Of a stretch of DNA of 64,000 nucleotides, positions 1 to 10,336 are shown piece by piece. Source of the stretch: Mantamonas sphyraenae STR306 (lineage: Eukaryota > Protista > CRuMs). Position 1 is the stretch's first letter; each line of letters opens with the position of its first letter. The stretch covers positions 148,737 to 212,736 of the forward strand of contig JAPMXV010000023.1 of assembly GCA_026936335.1 (NCBI GenBank), in the 5' to 3' direction. The translations under genes and the position numbers were made by a program. The notes under the pieces are model-generated. The model saw only the letters and a program-made list of their open reading frames with translations, did no database searches and was not told the origin of the DNA.

Positions 1-49
1 GGCCCCTGCCATGGTCTGGCATCCCCTCACAAAGCAGGGTTCAACGTAC

Positions 50-270
50 GCGCGTCGACGAGCATTCAGCTCACGCTGGCTCTGTCGTTCCAGGCGCTTG
101 TAGTGACGGTTGACGGTGTTCTGCTTGATCTTGCGGTTGGTGCTCTTCTCCCACGACACCACATGCAGCTGTCGAGCAGCCTCTTGCTTGGTCTGCTCAA
201 ACACAGCGCGGCGGTCCTCCTCCGCACGTCGCTTCAAAATCAGATAATCCGAGGGCGGCTTGCGAGACAT
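50..270 (-). CDS. CFAP53: Cilia/flagella-associated protein 53-like (CCDC11), first exon; gene continues off the left edge
   Basis: Hand translation from ATG at 270: MSRKPPSDYLILKRRAEEDRRAVFEQTKQEAARQLHVVSWEKSTNRKIKQNTVNRHYKRLERQSQRELNARRR, then a GTACGT donor at 49. The P-x-D-Y-L-I-L-x-R-R ... W-E-x-x-T-x-x-K-I-x-x-N-T ... L-x-x-R-R pattern resembles the CFAP53 N-terminus. Not in the ORF track. Confidence 0.65.
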
Positions 271-323
271 CGGTGTGTGTGTGTGTTTGGCAGCGCCGGC
301 GGCACAAAGTCAAAACCGCAACC

Positions 324-1441
324 ATGAGTGTATCGCTTGCTCGCCAGCACATCAACCACATGCAGTCGTTTCAGACACGTGTGTCTGACTTTCAGGAGCA
401 GTTTGACACCTGGGCCGATGCCAAACTGGACGAGGTTCAGCAGACCGTGGAGGCGCACACCATGTACATGGAGGACGGCCAGCAGTCACTTCGAGCCATG
501 GAGAAGCAACACAGCCAGTTGGAGAGTCTGGCACAGCAGGTGCAGAACCAGTTGCAGCAGGAGAACGAGGAGATCGACGCGTGTCAGCAGCAGATCGAGG
601 AGGCGCAGGCTGACAAGAAGACGGCGACGGAAGAGTGCACGGCGATGAAGATGAAGGTGCACGAGGAGAAGAAGGGGGTGGAGAAGAAGACCAAGGGTGA
701 GTTGCAGTATGGGTGTGGGTGGATGTGGAGAGAGGGAGCGGGGGCAGGGGAGGAAGGTGGGGGCCGTGTGTGACGGGTGACCGTTTGGCGGGAGACGGAG
801 ATGGCGGGCGTTTGACGGATTTTTGGGATGGAGAGGGTGAGGGTGACAGAGACGGGAGGGAAGGGGTGTGTATGGAGTGTGGGATGGGTTTGCATGTGGG
901 ATAAGGATGAGGGGAGGCATGTGGGAACGTGTGGGAGGAGTGTGGAGCGGGTGTCGGATCCACAGGCTTGGAGGCACAGCAAAGACCAGAGTGAGACCCG
1001 TGATGACCCCACAGAGAGAGAGAGAAAGAGAGATCCATGGATGGGTGGACTGACACAACAAGGTCGTGTACGAACCACACCACACGGTGTCACACACACA
1101 CAGAGGTGGAACAAGCAAAGAGTGAGCTGGACACACGGGTCAAGGACGCGCAGGAGGGTCTGTTCTTCTACGAGGACAGGCTGAAGCTGTCGTTTGAGGT
1201 GCTGCAGCAGGATTATCTGCGCTTTGTGTTTACTCATGTGGATCCGAAGGATGCGGAGCGGCAGTTCTTGTTCACGGTGCACGTGGACATTGACGACCAG
1301 TACTACGTGGACGAGTGCTCACCGGGCATTGGGGGACGCAAGTTGAGCAGCATGGCCAAGGAGCTGAACAAGAGCAACAACTTTTCACACTTTGTGGTGG
1401 CCATGCGCAGGGAGTTTCGGGAGATTGCCCTGAGCGAGTGA
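324..1441 (+). CDS. SPC25: Kinetochore Ndc80-complex subunit Spc25; exons 324-696, 1104-1441
   Basis: N-terminal coiled coil plus RWD-like C-terminus (LRFVFTHVDPKDAERQFLFTVHV...YYVDECSP...LNKSNNFSHFVVAMRREF). Intron GTGAGT(697)..CAG(1103) joins the frames. Confidence 0.85.
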
Positions 1442-1551
1442 TGATGTTGGTTGCACACTGTCCACCACAGCTCCCACAAAGTACATATGTCCATTGCCCA
1501 CCACGCCCATCATTGTTGCAAAGCGTCGAGGCACCCATCCAAATCCCGACG

Positions 1552-3033
1552 ATGGCGGACGACTTTCCCACGTCGTACATCGACGAGTTTGGCAACGAGG
1601 TGCACATTCACATGGGCGAAGAATACGACGTGTTTGACAGCCACGACGCAGACTACGATCTGGCTGGCTACCAGGGCACTCTGATGGACGACATGCCTCG
1701 CGACTGCGTGGTCTTTGTGGGCCACGAAGATGCAGGCGTCATGGAGCTCGTGCGAGCCATGTACGGCGAAGGAACCTCGCCAGAGGATGCTCAGATCGAC
1801 AATGTCCACGAGTATCTGCAACACAGCAGCAGCCTACATCTGAGCACCAAATATTACCAGGCAGACATCAAGCTGCAGGTTGTGTCTCCTTTTGTCAACG
1901 CCGACCTCGTCGACGACTTTGACTTTTTCACAGGCGTGCTGGGAACCACCTGCCAGGCCATTGTGCTTGTGTATGACCCGCTTCGTGTACGTTGAACAGT
2001 CCAGAGTGGACCACACACCCGCTGAATTCCCCTCTTTCCAACCCTCCGTTCCTCACCCTCCCCCACCCCACACATACACTCACGCACACGCAACCGCACA
2101 CAGCCAGAGACGTTGGACGTGTGCACACAATGGGCCGACTTTGTCAGCATGTACGTCCCATCCATCCGGCTGCTGGTGGCCAATTTCCACAACAACGACG
2201 AAGCTGTGCATGCCGACCTGAGCCCTGCCAACGACTGGTGCATGTCCCTGGGCTATGACATTGGCTTTGAACTCGTCGAGTTTGCCCACCCGCACCACCT
2301 CCTCCCTGCCGAGCAGCAGCAACACATGGCCATGCACGAAAAGGTCGGCGCCGAACGCGTTGTTCAGGCCCTGGAAACCTGCATCGACTGGCCCGGCATC
2401 GAACTCGGATCCGGTGTCCAGGCACCATCGGGTATGGCTGGATTTATGATGGGTGGTGGCATGGGTGATGGGATACTGGGTGGGAGCAGCAGCAGCAGCA
2501 GCAGCAGCAGTAGCAGCAGCTCTTCCTCGTCCTCCTCATCGGCCGACGCTGCCACTACAGACAAGGCCGTGATTGTGGAGGGTGGTGAGGAGAAGCCCAG
2601 TGAAGCAGAGGGTGACAAGACGCAGGAGGCAACCCCCACGTCAGAGGAGACCACGAAGCAGTTTGCCACAGCCGACGAGATGGCAAAGAAGATCGAAAGC
2701 GACCTGGCTGGTGACATGGCAGCATTGGGTGGAGGGGCAGCCGGAGGCGTGCCCTCAGGCGTTGAGGCTATGTTTGCCGCCCTTTTTGGAGCGGAGGAAG
2801 GCGACGACGACGACGAACCAAACGAGGAGGACATCGAGAACTTTGAGCGTGCCATGGCCCTCATGATGCAGATGAAACGTGAGGCTGCCGATTTGCCCGA
2901 CGATGTGCGCCGCCAGCGTGCTGCAGACGTCGCTCTCAGCCTGTACAAAGCGTTGGGCGTTGACGGCGATCTGAGCGACGATGATGAGGAGGGGCAGCAG
3001 GCGACAAACACAGAAACTGAAGACAAGGCATAG
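1552..3033 (+). CDS. AAGAB: Alpha- and gamma-adaptin-binding protein p34; exons 1552-1986, 2104-3033
   Basis: LSTKYYQADIKL motif of the GTPase-like domain, GAERVVQALE, and C-terminal FERAMALMMQMKREAADLPDDVRRQRAADVA. Phase-0 intron GTACGT..CAG. Confidence 0.8.
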
Positions 3034-3075
3034 AAACAAAAACGGCCGCATTTCAACGCATCACAGTTGACATCT

Positions 3076-6000
3076 TTAGTTCATTGCTTTCAGCTTCTTG
3101 TTGATATGAGCCAAGGAGACGAGCCAGGGCTTGATCCTGGATTGGGTCTGCTCCTTGGTGGGCTTGATGCCATTGTTCTGCTCCTGGAACGTGTGTGTCC
3201 ACTGCTCGATGAGTTCGCTCCACTTGCGCAGACTTGCCTGCAACACCAACTTGAGCTCGTCCTTCTCGAGATCGTCGTCGGCCAGCACGTCGTCGACAAA
3301 GGTGACCAACGAGTCGCCGTCGTGAGGCATGTTCTTGATGAGCTTCTGGCTGGGACGGATGGCCACCTGCTCCGTGGTCACCTTGACCTTCTTGGTCTTC
3401 TTGGCCCGCTTCTTCAGGTCCTTTTGTGACTTGCGCAGATCCTCCTCCATGGCCTGCAGCTCCTGTTCCTCCTTGTCGTCCAGTTCCTTCATCACCTGTT
3501 TGATCGTGGCATACTTTGTGTACAACAGAGCCAGTTCGGGCATTCCTCGCTTCTCCTCTGCAGACGCCTTGCGTCCGTACTGCTCCTCAAACTCCGCCTC
3601 CATCACTTCAATCTCCTTGCGTGTGCTCTTCTTCAGCTTCTTCAGCGTCTTGCGGCTCTTGCCACGATACTCGTCCGCCGGATCATACACCACCGGCTCG
3701 GGAGACGCAGGTTTCGCCTCTCCAGACCCTGTGCTGGCGTTGCTCTCGCCACGCGGACCAGACAGAGAGGACGACGAGGATGAAGAAGAGGATGAAGAGG
3801 ACGCCCCTGCGTCCTCTTCGGCGGTGGGTGCCGTGGCTGGTCTGGAGCCCGGGGCAGCTCCCTTGTCAGTTCGCTGAGTCTGCTTCTGCTGCTCGTCGGC
3901 ATCGGTGTCCTCCTCCACCAGCACCTGAGACTGGTCGATGACGCGTTGGATCTCGTCGAGCTCCTTGCGCCTGCGCTCGTCCTCGAGGGCTTGCAGGGCG
4001 CGCATGTCTTCGAGCTCCCGCTTGCGTTTCTCCTCTTCCAGCTGCTTCTTCATGGCAATGGCCTCCTCGCGGCGGCGCTCCATGTTTGTGGCAGCATACT
4101 TCTCACCGGCCTCCATAAAGGCGCGTGCAGCGAGGCAAACGAGGAGGAAACGACGGCGTGGCAGGGGCATAAAGGTGAGTTCGCGGTCGCGCTGGTCCAG
4201 ACGCAGACGGAAGTGGTGCAGGAGGGGCTCCAGGTGCGGGTTGGGAAACATGGACACGCGTAGGACGCTGTTGTAGATGCGAATGAGCTCCTCAACGAGA
4301 TGAGCGAGGATAAAAACCATGGGGGATTCGCTCATGCGAGCTTGACTCAGGTGCCGTTGCATGACTTCGATCTCGCGACGCAGGTGGCCCTTGTGGACGA
4401 ATTCGGGCATGGAACGGCGCATGTTGTTGACTTCCTGCAGCACACGCTCGCAGTTGCCAATGGCAATCAGCACGTTCTCGTTGTCGCGCGTAAACGACAG
4501 GGCGTCCTTCTTGGTCACGGCCATCGGGCGTCGGGCGAAAAGGCGTCCTTGAGAATGATGAGGAGGGCAATGAGGGTGGCGAGGCCGTTGATGAAGAGGA
4601 GCTCGTAAAACAGGGTGTTGGGCAGCAGCAGCGGGGAAAACACCTTTGCGGCCACAAGCAGGGCGAAGAAGGCGTTGGCAATAAACATCCACACTTGAGT
4701 GTGACGCAGCAGGGAGCTGCTCCACATGCGATACGGGTTGGTCTGCCACAGCAGCACCGAGGCCCACAAGGCCCAGAGGGCCAAGAACAGAGCTGCCTGG
4801 AGCACGTAGTCGGAGGTGACAAAGACGAGGTTGAGCAGGAGGAGCAACTTCATGGCCAGGGGGATAAGTCCTGAGCGTGCAGTGTTCCTGTGGTAGGAGC
4901 TGATGACATGCAATTGCTTGATGGCCCACTGGTCGTCCAGACCCATGAGGAAGGCCATCTCCATTTCCACCAGCCAGTACCGGTGGCGTTCCTCGCTGCT
5001 GTAGATGATGTTGTAGTGGATCAGCTGGGCCATGTACACGGGGAAGCCCACGCTGAAGAGGACAAAGGTGACCACAGACAGGGCAAACGCGACCACATAC
5101 ACAGGGTCCGTGGAGGCCAGGTCCAGCCGTGTCGAACACGACACGGTAGGGTCAACACGCAGTGAGTTGGTCGCGGATGAACAGTCCCACAGGCGAAGGG
5201 TCACCAGCGTGATTGGAATGTACAGAAGCGAACCTGTGGGTAATTGGGGGGTGGCGTCAGTGGATGCAGACACAGAGGAACAGAGGAACAGAGGAAGAAC
5301 AAAAGGGCGATCACACGAACAACAGCCACCAGCACAGCAATCGGGAGAGGCGGCCGTGAGGGAGGTGAGGGGAACGTACAGGTGGTGAGGAGGATGCGCT
5401 TGATGGTGGCCTCGACAAGGAGGCGGTAGCGAGGGTTTGTCTGTGTGTGTGCGTAGAAACGCAAGGCCATGGCATAGGCCAACATGAGGAGGAAGGGCAT
5501 GGCCACAAAGGGCAGGCTGTACCAGGCAAAGGAGAAGGCGACGGGGAAGCCAAGGGCGTCGGGGAAAAACGTCCACAGATCACCAATGGCCAGCAGCATG
5601 TAGTCGGTGTACTTGTACCATCCGGCGGGCCATGGGTAGGGTTTGGCCATGAGCAACAGGATGCCGTACATTTGCACGGCCTCGACGAAAATGCCCAGCT
5701 TTTCGGTCCAGTAGCGGGAAACGTTGCGAATGCGAGAGGAAGTGCGTCTGTGGGCGGTGCGTGGGAGGGCATCAGAGCATGGGAGGGCGTCAGTGGCGGT
5801 GTCATATGGATGTACGCTGTGTGGGGCGCATGTTGCTGTGTGTGCGTGTGCGTGGAGCGTGGGGCGGGCGGGGCTAAGTTTGGAAAAGCCGTTACGGCCG
5901 GTGTGGGTTCACTCACGTGCGCAGGCGCTCCACATAGGCGCGCTTCAGCGAGTCCTCGTCGTCCAGCCCGTCGACCTGAATGCCTTTGAGCAATTCGGTG

Positions 6001-6590
6001 CTCTCTGTGACGTCGTCGTCGTCATCGTTATTGTCGTCGTGGTGCGAGAGTCTGCGTCGGGTGCTGCTGTGGGTGGTGGGTGATTCGGAGCGGCCGGCGT
6101 TGTCGTCGTTGGTGAAGCGAACCACGTTGGGCGTCTCCTCGGCAATGTTGGCGAGTGACGTGCCCATGGAAGGCGCCCTACGTTTGCTCAGGCCCCCGGG
6201 CATGCCTGGAGAGCCACCTGAAAAGATGTCTGTGGGCGAACGGGTGCCCAGCACGACGTGGGAGGCGCTGGCGCTGCTGGGCGGAGGCGACAGTTTGCCT
6301 TTGTACATATTGAGGGCGCCTGCATCCGAGCTCAGCGCTTGCATTTCCACACTGTCCCTGCGGCCGTGGACTCCGCCGCCGACCCCGCCTCCACTTCCGT
6401 GGAGCCGTGCAAACCGGTTCTTGCCCGATTGGGAGCTGCGTGAGAACGAGCCCAGATTGCGCAGAGGCGGCCCTGGCGTGCTGGTGTCCACGGGCACGAC
6501 ACTCTGCATGCTCGCTAGGCCACCGCCTCCCCCGCCGCCACTGTGGATGTTCAGCCGATGGATAGGTTTCGGCCGAGGCGGCGTGTGCAT
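3076..6590 (-). CDS. Large multipass membrane protein with a coiled-coil/FAM13-like C-terminus; exons 6590(or 6509)-5917, 5747-5380, 5233-3076, with a one-base frame break near 4520
   Basis: Frame-consistent GT-AG introns 5916-5748 and 5379-5234. About 8-9 hydrophobic helices. ...ARWP* continues as VTKKDAL in the -1 frame. Two F-x-x-x-x-G-x-K-[AP]-[ST]-x-E helical motifs at the C-terminus. Confidence 0.65.
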
Positions 6591-6712
6591 GGGATTGGGG
6601 TGTGTGGTGTGGTGAGGTGTTGCGCCGACGAGCGCAAACGAAGCGACATTTCATTAGCATGAGTCTGAGCGGAAGAGCATGGACGCGTGGAATGAAGTGG
6701 AAGAAGGGCAAC

Positions 6713-7579
6713 ATGGCCCTGTGTGCACTTGTGGTGTTGTGTGTGCTGTTGTGTGTCCGTACAGGCGAGGCAGGAGGGGCAGAAGGAGGAGGACGCAACA
6801 AGAACCGAGTGATGCCCTGGCTGTGTCTGCAACGGTGCAACCAAACGCTGGCAGAGGTAAAGGCGAATGTGGCATCACTGAAGGCACACTTGGACGTGTT
6901 TGACGCCGCATCGTTTGAGATGTTCAACCTGGGGGCCAACGGGACGCTGGTGTACAACTCGGACCTGTACGACGTGATGCAGGACCTGGCGCCGCTGGGC
7001 ATCAAAACCTACGCCATGATTTCATCGTATCCTTACCCGCCCCAGTTTCTGGATTGGATGCGACAGGTGTTTGCGGCGCCACAGCCGTTTATTGCAAAGT
7101 GTGTGGCGGCGATGCACACACACGGCTTCCACGGCTTCAACGTGGACTGGGAACCCACCAGCAGCCACGCCACCGACGCAGACGCAGTGGAATACGCGAA
7201 TTTTCTCAACGCTTTTGCGGATGGCATCCACGCGGCGGGAGGGGAGGTGACGGTGGATGTGGGCGGGTGGAGCCCGATTTGGAACTGGACTCTGTTGGCC
7301 AGCACACGTGTGGACAGGATCATCAACATGGCCACGTACACGGGTGCGTGGGACACATGGGAACGCGTCTTTCAGCGCTCCTTGGAACAGATTGGCGTGG
7401 ATCGGCTGGGCGTGGGCCTGCAGAACGTGGACCCGCGCACAAACGCCCCGCTCAACGACACTCAGATTGCGCTGCGCATGGGCGCCATTGTCGAACATGG
7501 ATGCACCGAAATCGATCTGTGGCGCTTCCCGTTTGCCGACAACTGGTGGCCTGCGCTGGAGAAGTATGTGGGGATGTGA
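6713..7579 (+). CDS. Secreted glycoside hydrolase family 18 (chitinase/chitobiase-like); start could be 6692
   Basis: Signal-peptide-like MALCALVVLCVLLCV, catalytic motif FHGFNVDWEP, VDRIINMATY, terminal IDLW. Intronless. Confidence 0.8.
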   Translation: MALCALVVLCVLLCVRTGEAGGAEGGGRNKNRVMPWLCLQRCNQTLAEVKANVASLKAHLDVFDAASFEMFNLGANGTLVYNSDLYDVMQDLAPLGIKTYAMISSYPYPPQFLDWMRQVFAAPQPFIAKCVAAMHTHGFHGFNVDWEPTSSHATDADAVEYANFLNAFADGIHAAGGEVTVDVGGWSPIWNWTLLASTRVDRIINMATYTGAWDTWERVFQRSLEQIGVDRLGVGLQNVDPRTNAPLNDTQIALRMGAIVEHGCTEIDLWRFPFADNWWPALEKYVGM

Positions 7580-7603
7580 AACAGCGTGTGGAGACCTGAC
7601 GAA

Positions 7604-8056
7604 TCAACGGCGCCAAAAGGTCTGCCACAGCCAGTGGACGATGCCGGCGGTAATGTTGAGGAGGATAAAGCCCACCCAAAGCTGATAGAGCCAAATGTTT
7701 TGCGGATCGGTGCCCAGGAGCAGAAGTAGCTGCTGGAGGGTTTGGAGGGGCGCCACGCAGTCGATCAGCGACGTGGTTTGCCCACACACACGCGTGACGA
7801 CGGCGCCGCCGAGGCTGGCAATGCCAAAGCTCACCACAGCCACAAACACCAGGGTGTAGATGAGGCGAGGCAGGGAGACGTGAGTGGTGGGTTCGTTCGT
7901 GGAGTGTTGGGGCTGAGGTGTCTGGTGGGGCGGAGGCTGTTGTTGCGGCACTGCAGGGGCAGCCGTAGAGGCGTCGAGAGAAGCCAAGCGGGCACGAAGG
8001 AGGGCGTTTTCCTGACGCAGACGCAACACTTCTGCGTCGTCGTCGTTGCCAGCCAT
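7604..8056 (-). CDS. Small hypothetical membrane protein (short coiled coil plus 2 TM helices)
   Basis: MAGNDDDAEVLRLRQENALLRARL followed by hydrophobic LIYTLVFVAVVSFGIASL and LWVGFILLNITAGIVHWLW. Fills the gap between neighbouring genes. Confidence 0.55.
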   Translation of the reverse strand: MAGNDDDAEVLRLRQENALLRARLASLDASTAAPAVPQQQPPPHQTPQPQHSTNEPTTHVSLPRLIYTLVFVAVVSFGIASLGGAVVTRVCGQTTSLIDCVAPLQTLQQLLLLLGTDPQNIWLYQLWVGFILLNITAGIVHWLWQTFWRR

Positions 8057-8162
8057 GGTGGGCAATGTGGGGGGAGGGGGGATGGGGGTGGGGACAGGAG
8101 AGAGAGATGGCGTGCTGGGGAGAGAGCGACGAGGCCGCCACCGCAACACCAACAGCAAAACC

Positions 8163-9016
8163 ATGTCAGGGGGAGCCAAGAAGAAGCAAAACTCGCATCG
8201 TCCGGCTCACCAGAACAAGACGGCGTTCAAGCACAACAAGAACTCGAAAAAGACAAAGAAGATCTTGGAAATGCCCATCACCGGGGTGTGCAGCAAATGC
8301 TACGAGGTGCTGACCTGGAGGAAACAATACCGCAAATACAAGCCACTCAAGGCACCGGGAAAATGGTACGTGGGACAAACAGGCGTGTGCAATGGCATGG
8401 GCTGCACTACAGGCGCCCAGAGACGCATGTGTGGCTGACACACTCGAATTCCGTTGGTCAGCGCAGCAGCAAATGCTTGAGGCGCAACCTGAAGGTGTCC
8501 TACTTTACGTGTTGCAAGGACTGTGCCACTCAGGGCAAGGAGAAGCTGTGTCAAAAGTGTCTGAAGCCCACAGGCGGGTTCGATCCGGGGTAAGTGGTCC
8601 GCGTGCGCTGGACGGAAATCCGCGTGCGCCGCTGACGCCCATTGGGACATGGTTGACCGCACCCACCACCATCATCGTCACCACACAGGGAACAAACGGC
8701 CATCGAGCGCAACAACGACAACACAAAGTTTGAGGCGACGCTGCAGGGGCTCAGCGAACGCGAACGGCGCAGCGCTCTGCGGGCTCTCGAGAAGGGCACG
8801 CTCGTCGTGCACGCCAAGGATGGCAGCACTGTGTATAAAGGGAACCATGTGGATGACGGCGAAGAGGAGGAAGAGGAGGATGGGGAGGAAGAGGAGGATG
8901 AGGAGGATGAGGAGGATGGGGAGGATGAAGAGGATGGGGAGGACGAGGAAGAGGCAGAGGAGGTCGAGGTGCTTGTGGGGGACGAAGAGGACCAGCAGAT
9001 AGCAATCGAGCCGTGA
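8163..9016 (+). CDS. C9orf85/DUF2039-family Cys-rich protein; exons 8163-8365, 8467-8589, 8689-9016
   Basis: HQNKTAFKHNK...GVCSKCYEVLTWRKQYRKYKPLK...CSKC...CKDC...CQKC. Two frame-consistent introns with GCTGAC branch sites. Acidic tail. Confidence 0.85.
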
Positions 9017-9049
9017 TATGGACATGGAGTGTACTAAACAAGGTGTTGG

Positions 9050-10271
9050 TCAGCTATCTTGATACCGGGAGCGCCGTGAGCGTGTGCTGCGACGCGTTCC
9101 TGATTGGTTTTGCTGCGTTTCGCTGCTGTTCTGCCGTGACGAACGTGTGCTCGAGCGAGAGCTTGTGGTGCGTGTGCGGCGCGCTTGGCCATTGCGGCTG
9201 TTGCTGTTGTTGCTGTTGTTCCTCCGATTGCTGCTGCTACGGGTGTTGCTGCTGCTCTGCTGCACTTCGTCTGCAGGCACTTCCGTCCTGCACAGCGGGC
9301 ACGTGTTGTTCTCACTGAGCCACGGCGTGATACACTCTTCGTGGTACACATGCTTGCAAGGCAGCTGTCCCACATTCTCGCCATCCTGAAACTCCTCTTG
9401 GCACACCGCACAGGGCAGATCTGCAACGGGGGGGGAGAACAAGACAAAATCCGCGTGAGCAACCGACCGAAGGGCATCCAGGAAATTTGCGAGCCAGAAA
9501 TCAGGAACTGCGCCTTTCAGGCACACGCAGTGCGGGAAACACTCACCTTGCATGCTCCTCTTGTCAAACGCAACCATGGGCATCTTCTTGAGCCACTCCT
9601 TGGCCGTGGGCTTTGTCTGTGGCTGGCCCTGCAGCTGCTCGAGCAATCCGTCCCATTCCTGCTGGTTGCCCGAGAACACATCCCCTGGGTTCGTCGTCAA
9701 CATGTGCTGTGTTATGTGCGCGAGGATGTCACCGAAAGCCGACATCGGGTTCTCTCTGTGCGTGTGTGCCAGCGTGTGCGCATGTGTCAGTTTGTGGGGC
9801 GTGGGGGCCAGGTGAGTGATGCGCGCTTCCATTCCGGCTCGAAACACTGCACGGGCTACGGCGCGAGACATACAGTTGTGAACCGCCTGACTGGGTCGGC
9901 GTTGTGGCAAATGCAACCTGAACACGCCCTCCGCGGAAACGGTTGTGCATGTACGTGTGCACCAGGTCCATAAACAAGCGTTGTTGGCTGAACAGATTCT
10001 GGTTGGCTCGTTCCTCATCCATTTGTTCGTCTGTGAGATCCTCGTCGTCGTCCACGATGAACCCATCGTCGTCGTCGTCCTCGTCTTCGTATGCGTACTC
10101 CTCATAGTCGTCCACGTTGAACCCATCGTCCTCCATGATCTCCAGGAAATCCCCTCCGCACTCTGGGCACACCATATCCGTCTGCGTGGTGTCGGCGTCC
10201 ACCACGCTCCTGCACGTGTGGCACCACACCTCACCGTCGTCCATGTGTTCCACGGTCACCTGGATATCCAT
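9050..10271 (-). CDS. RING-H2 E3 ubiquitin ligase, RNF126/RNF115-like; exons 10271-9874, 9755-9547, 9420-9050
   Basis: N-terminal zinc ribbon WCHTC...CPECGGDFLEIM and RING-H2 CAVCQEEF...LPCKHVYHEECITPWL...CPLCR. Introns are frame-consistent. Confidence 0.88.
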
Positions 10272-10336
10272 GCGAGTGGGCAAGGGAGGTGTTTACTTGT
10301 GTCCGCGGGCGCCCGGCGTCTCGAGAGATCCAACAA

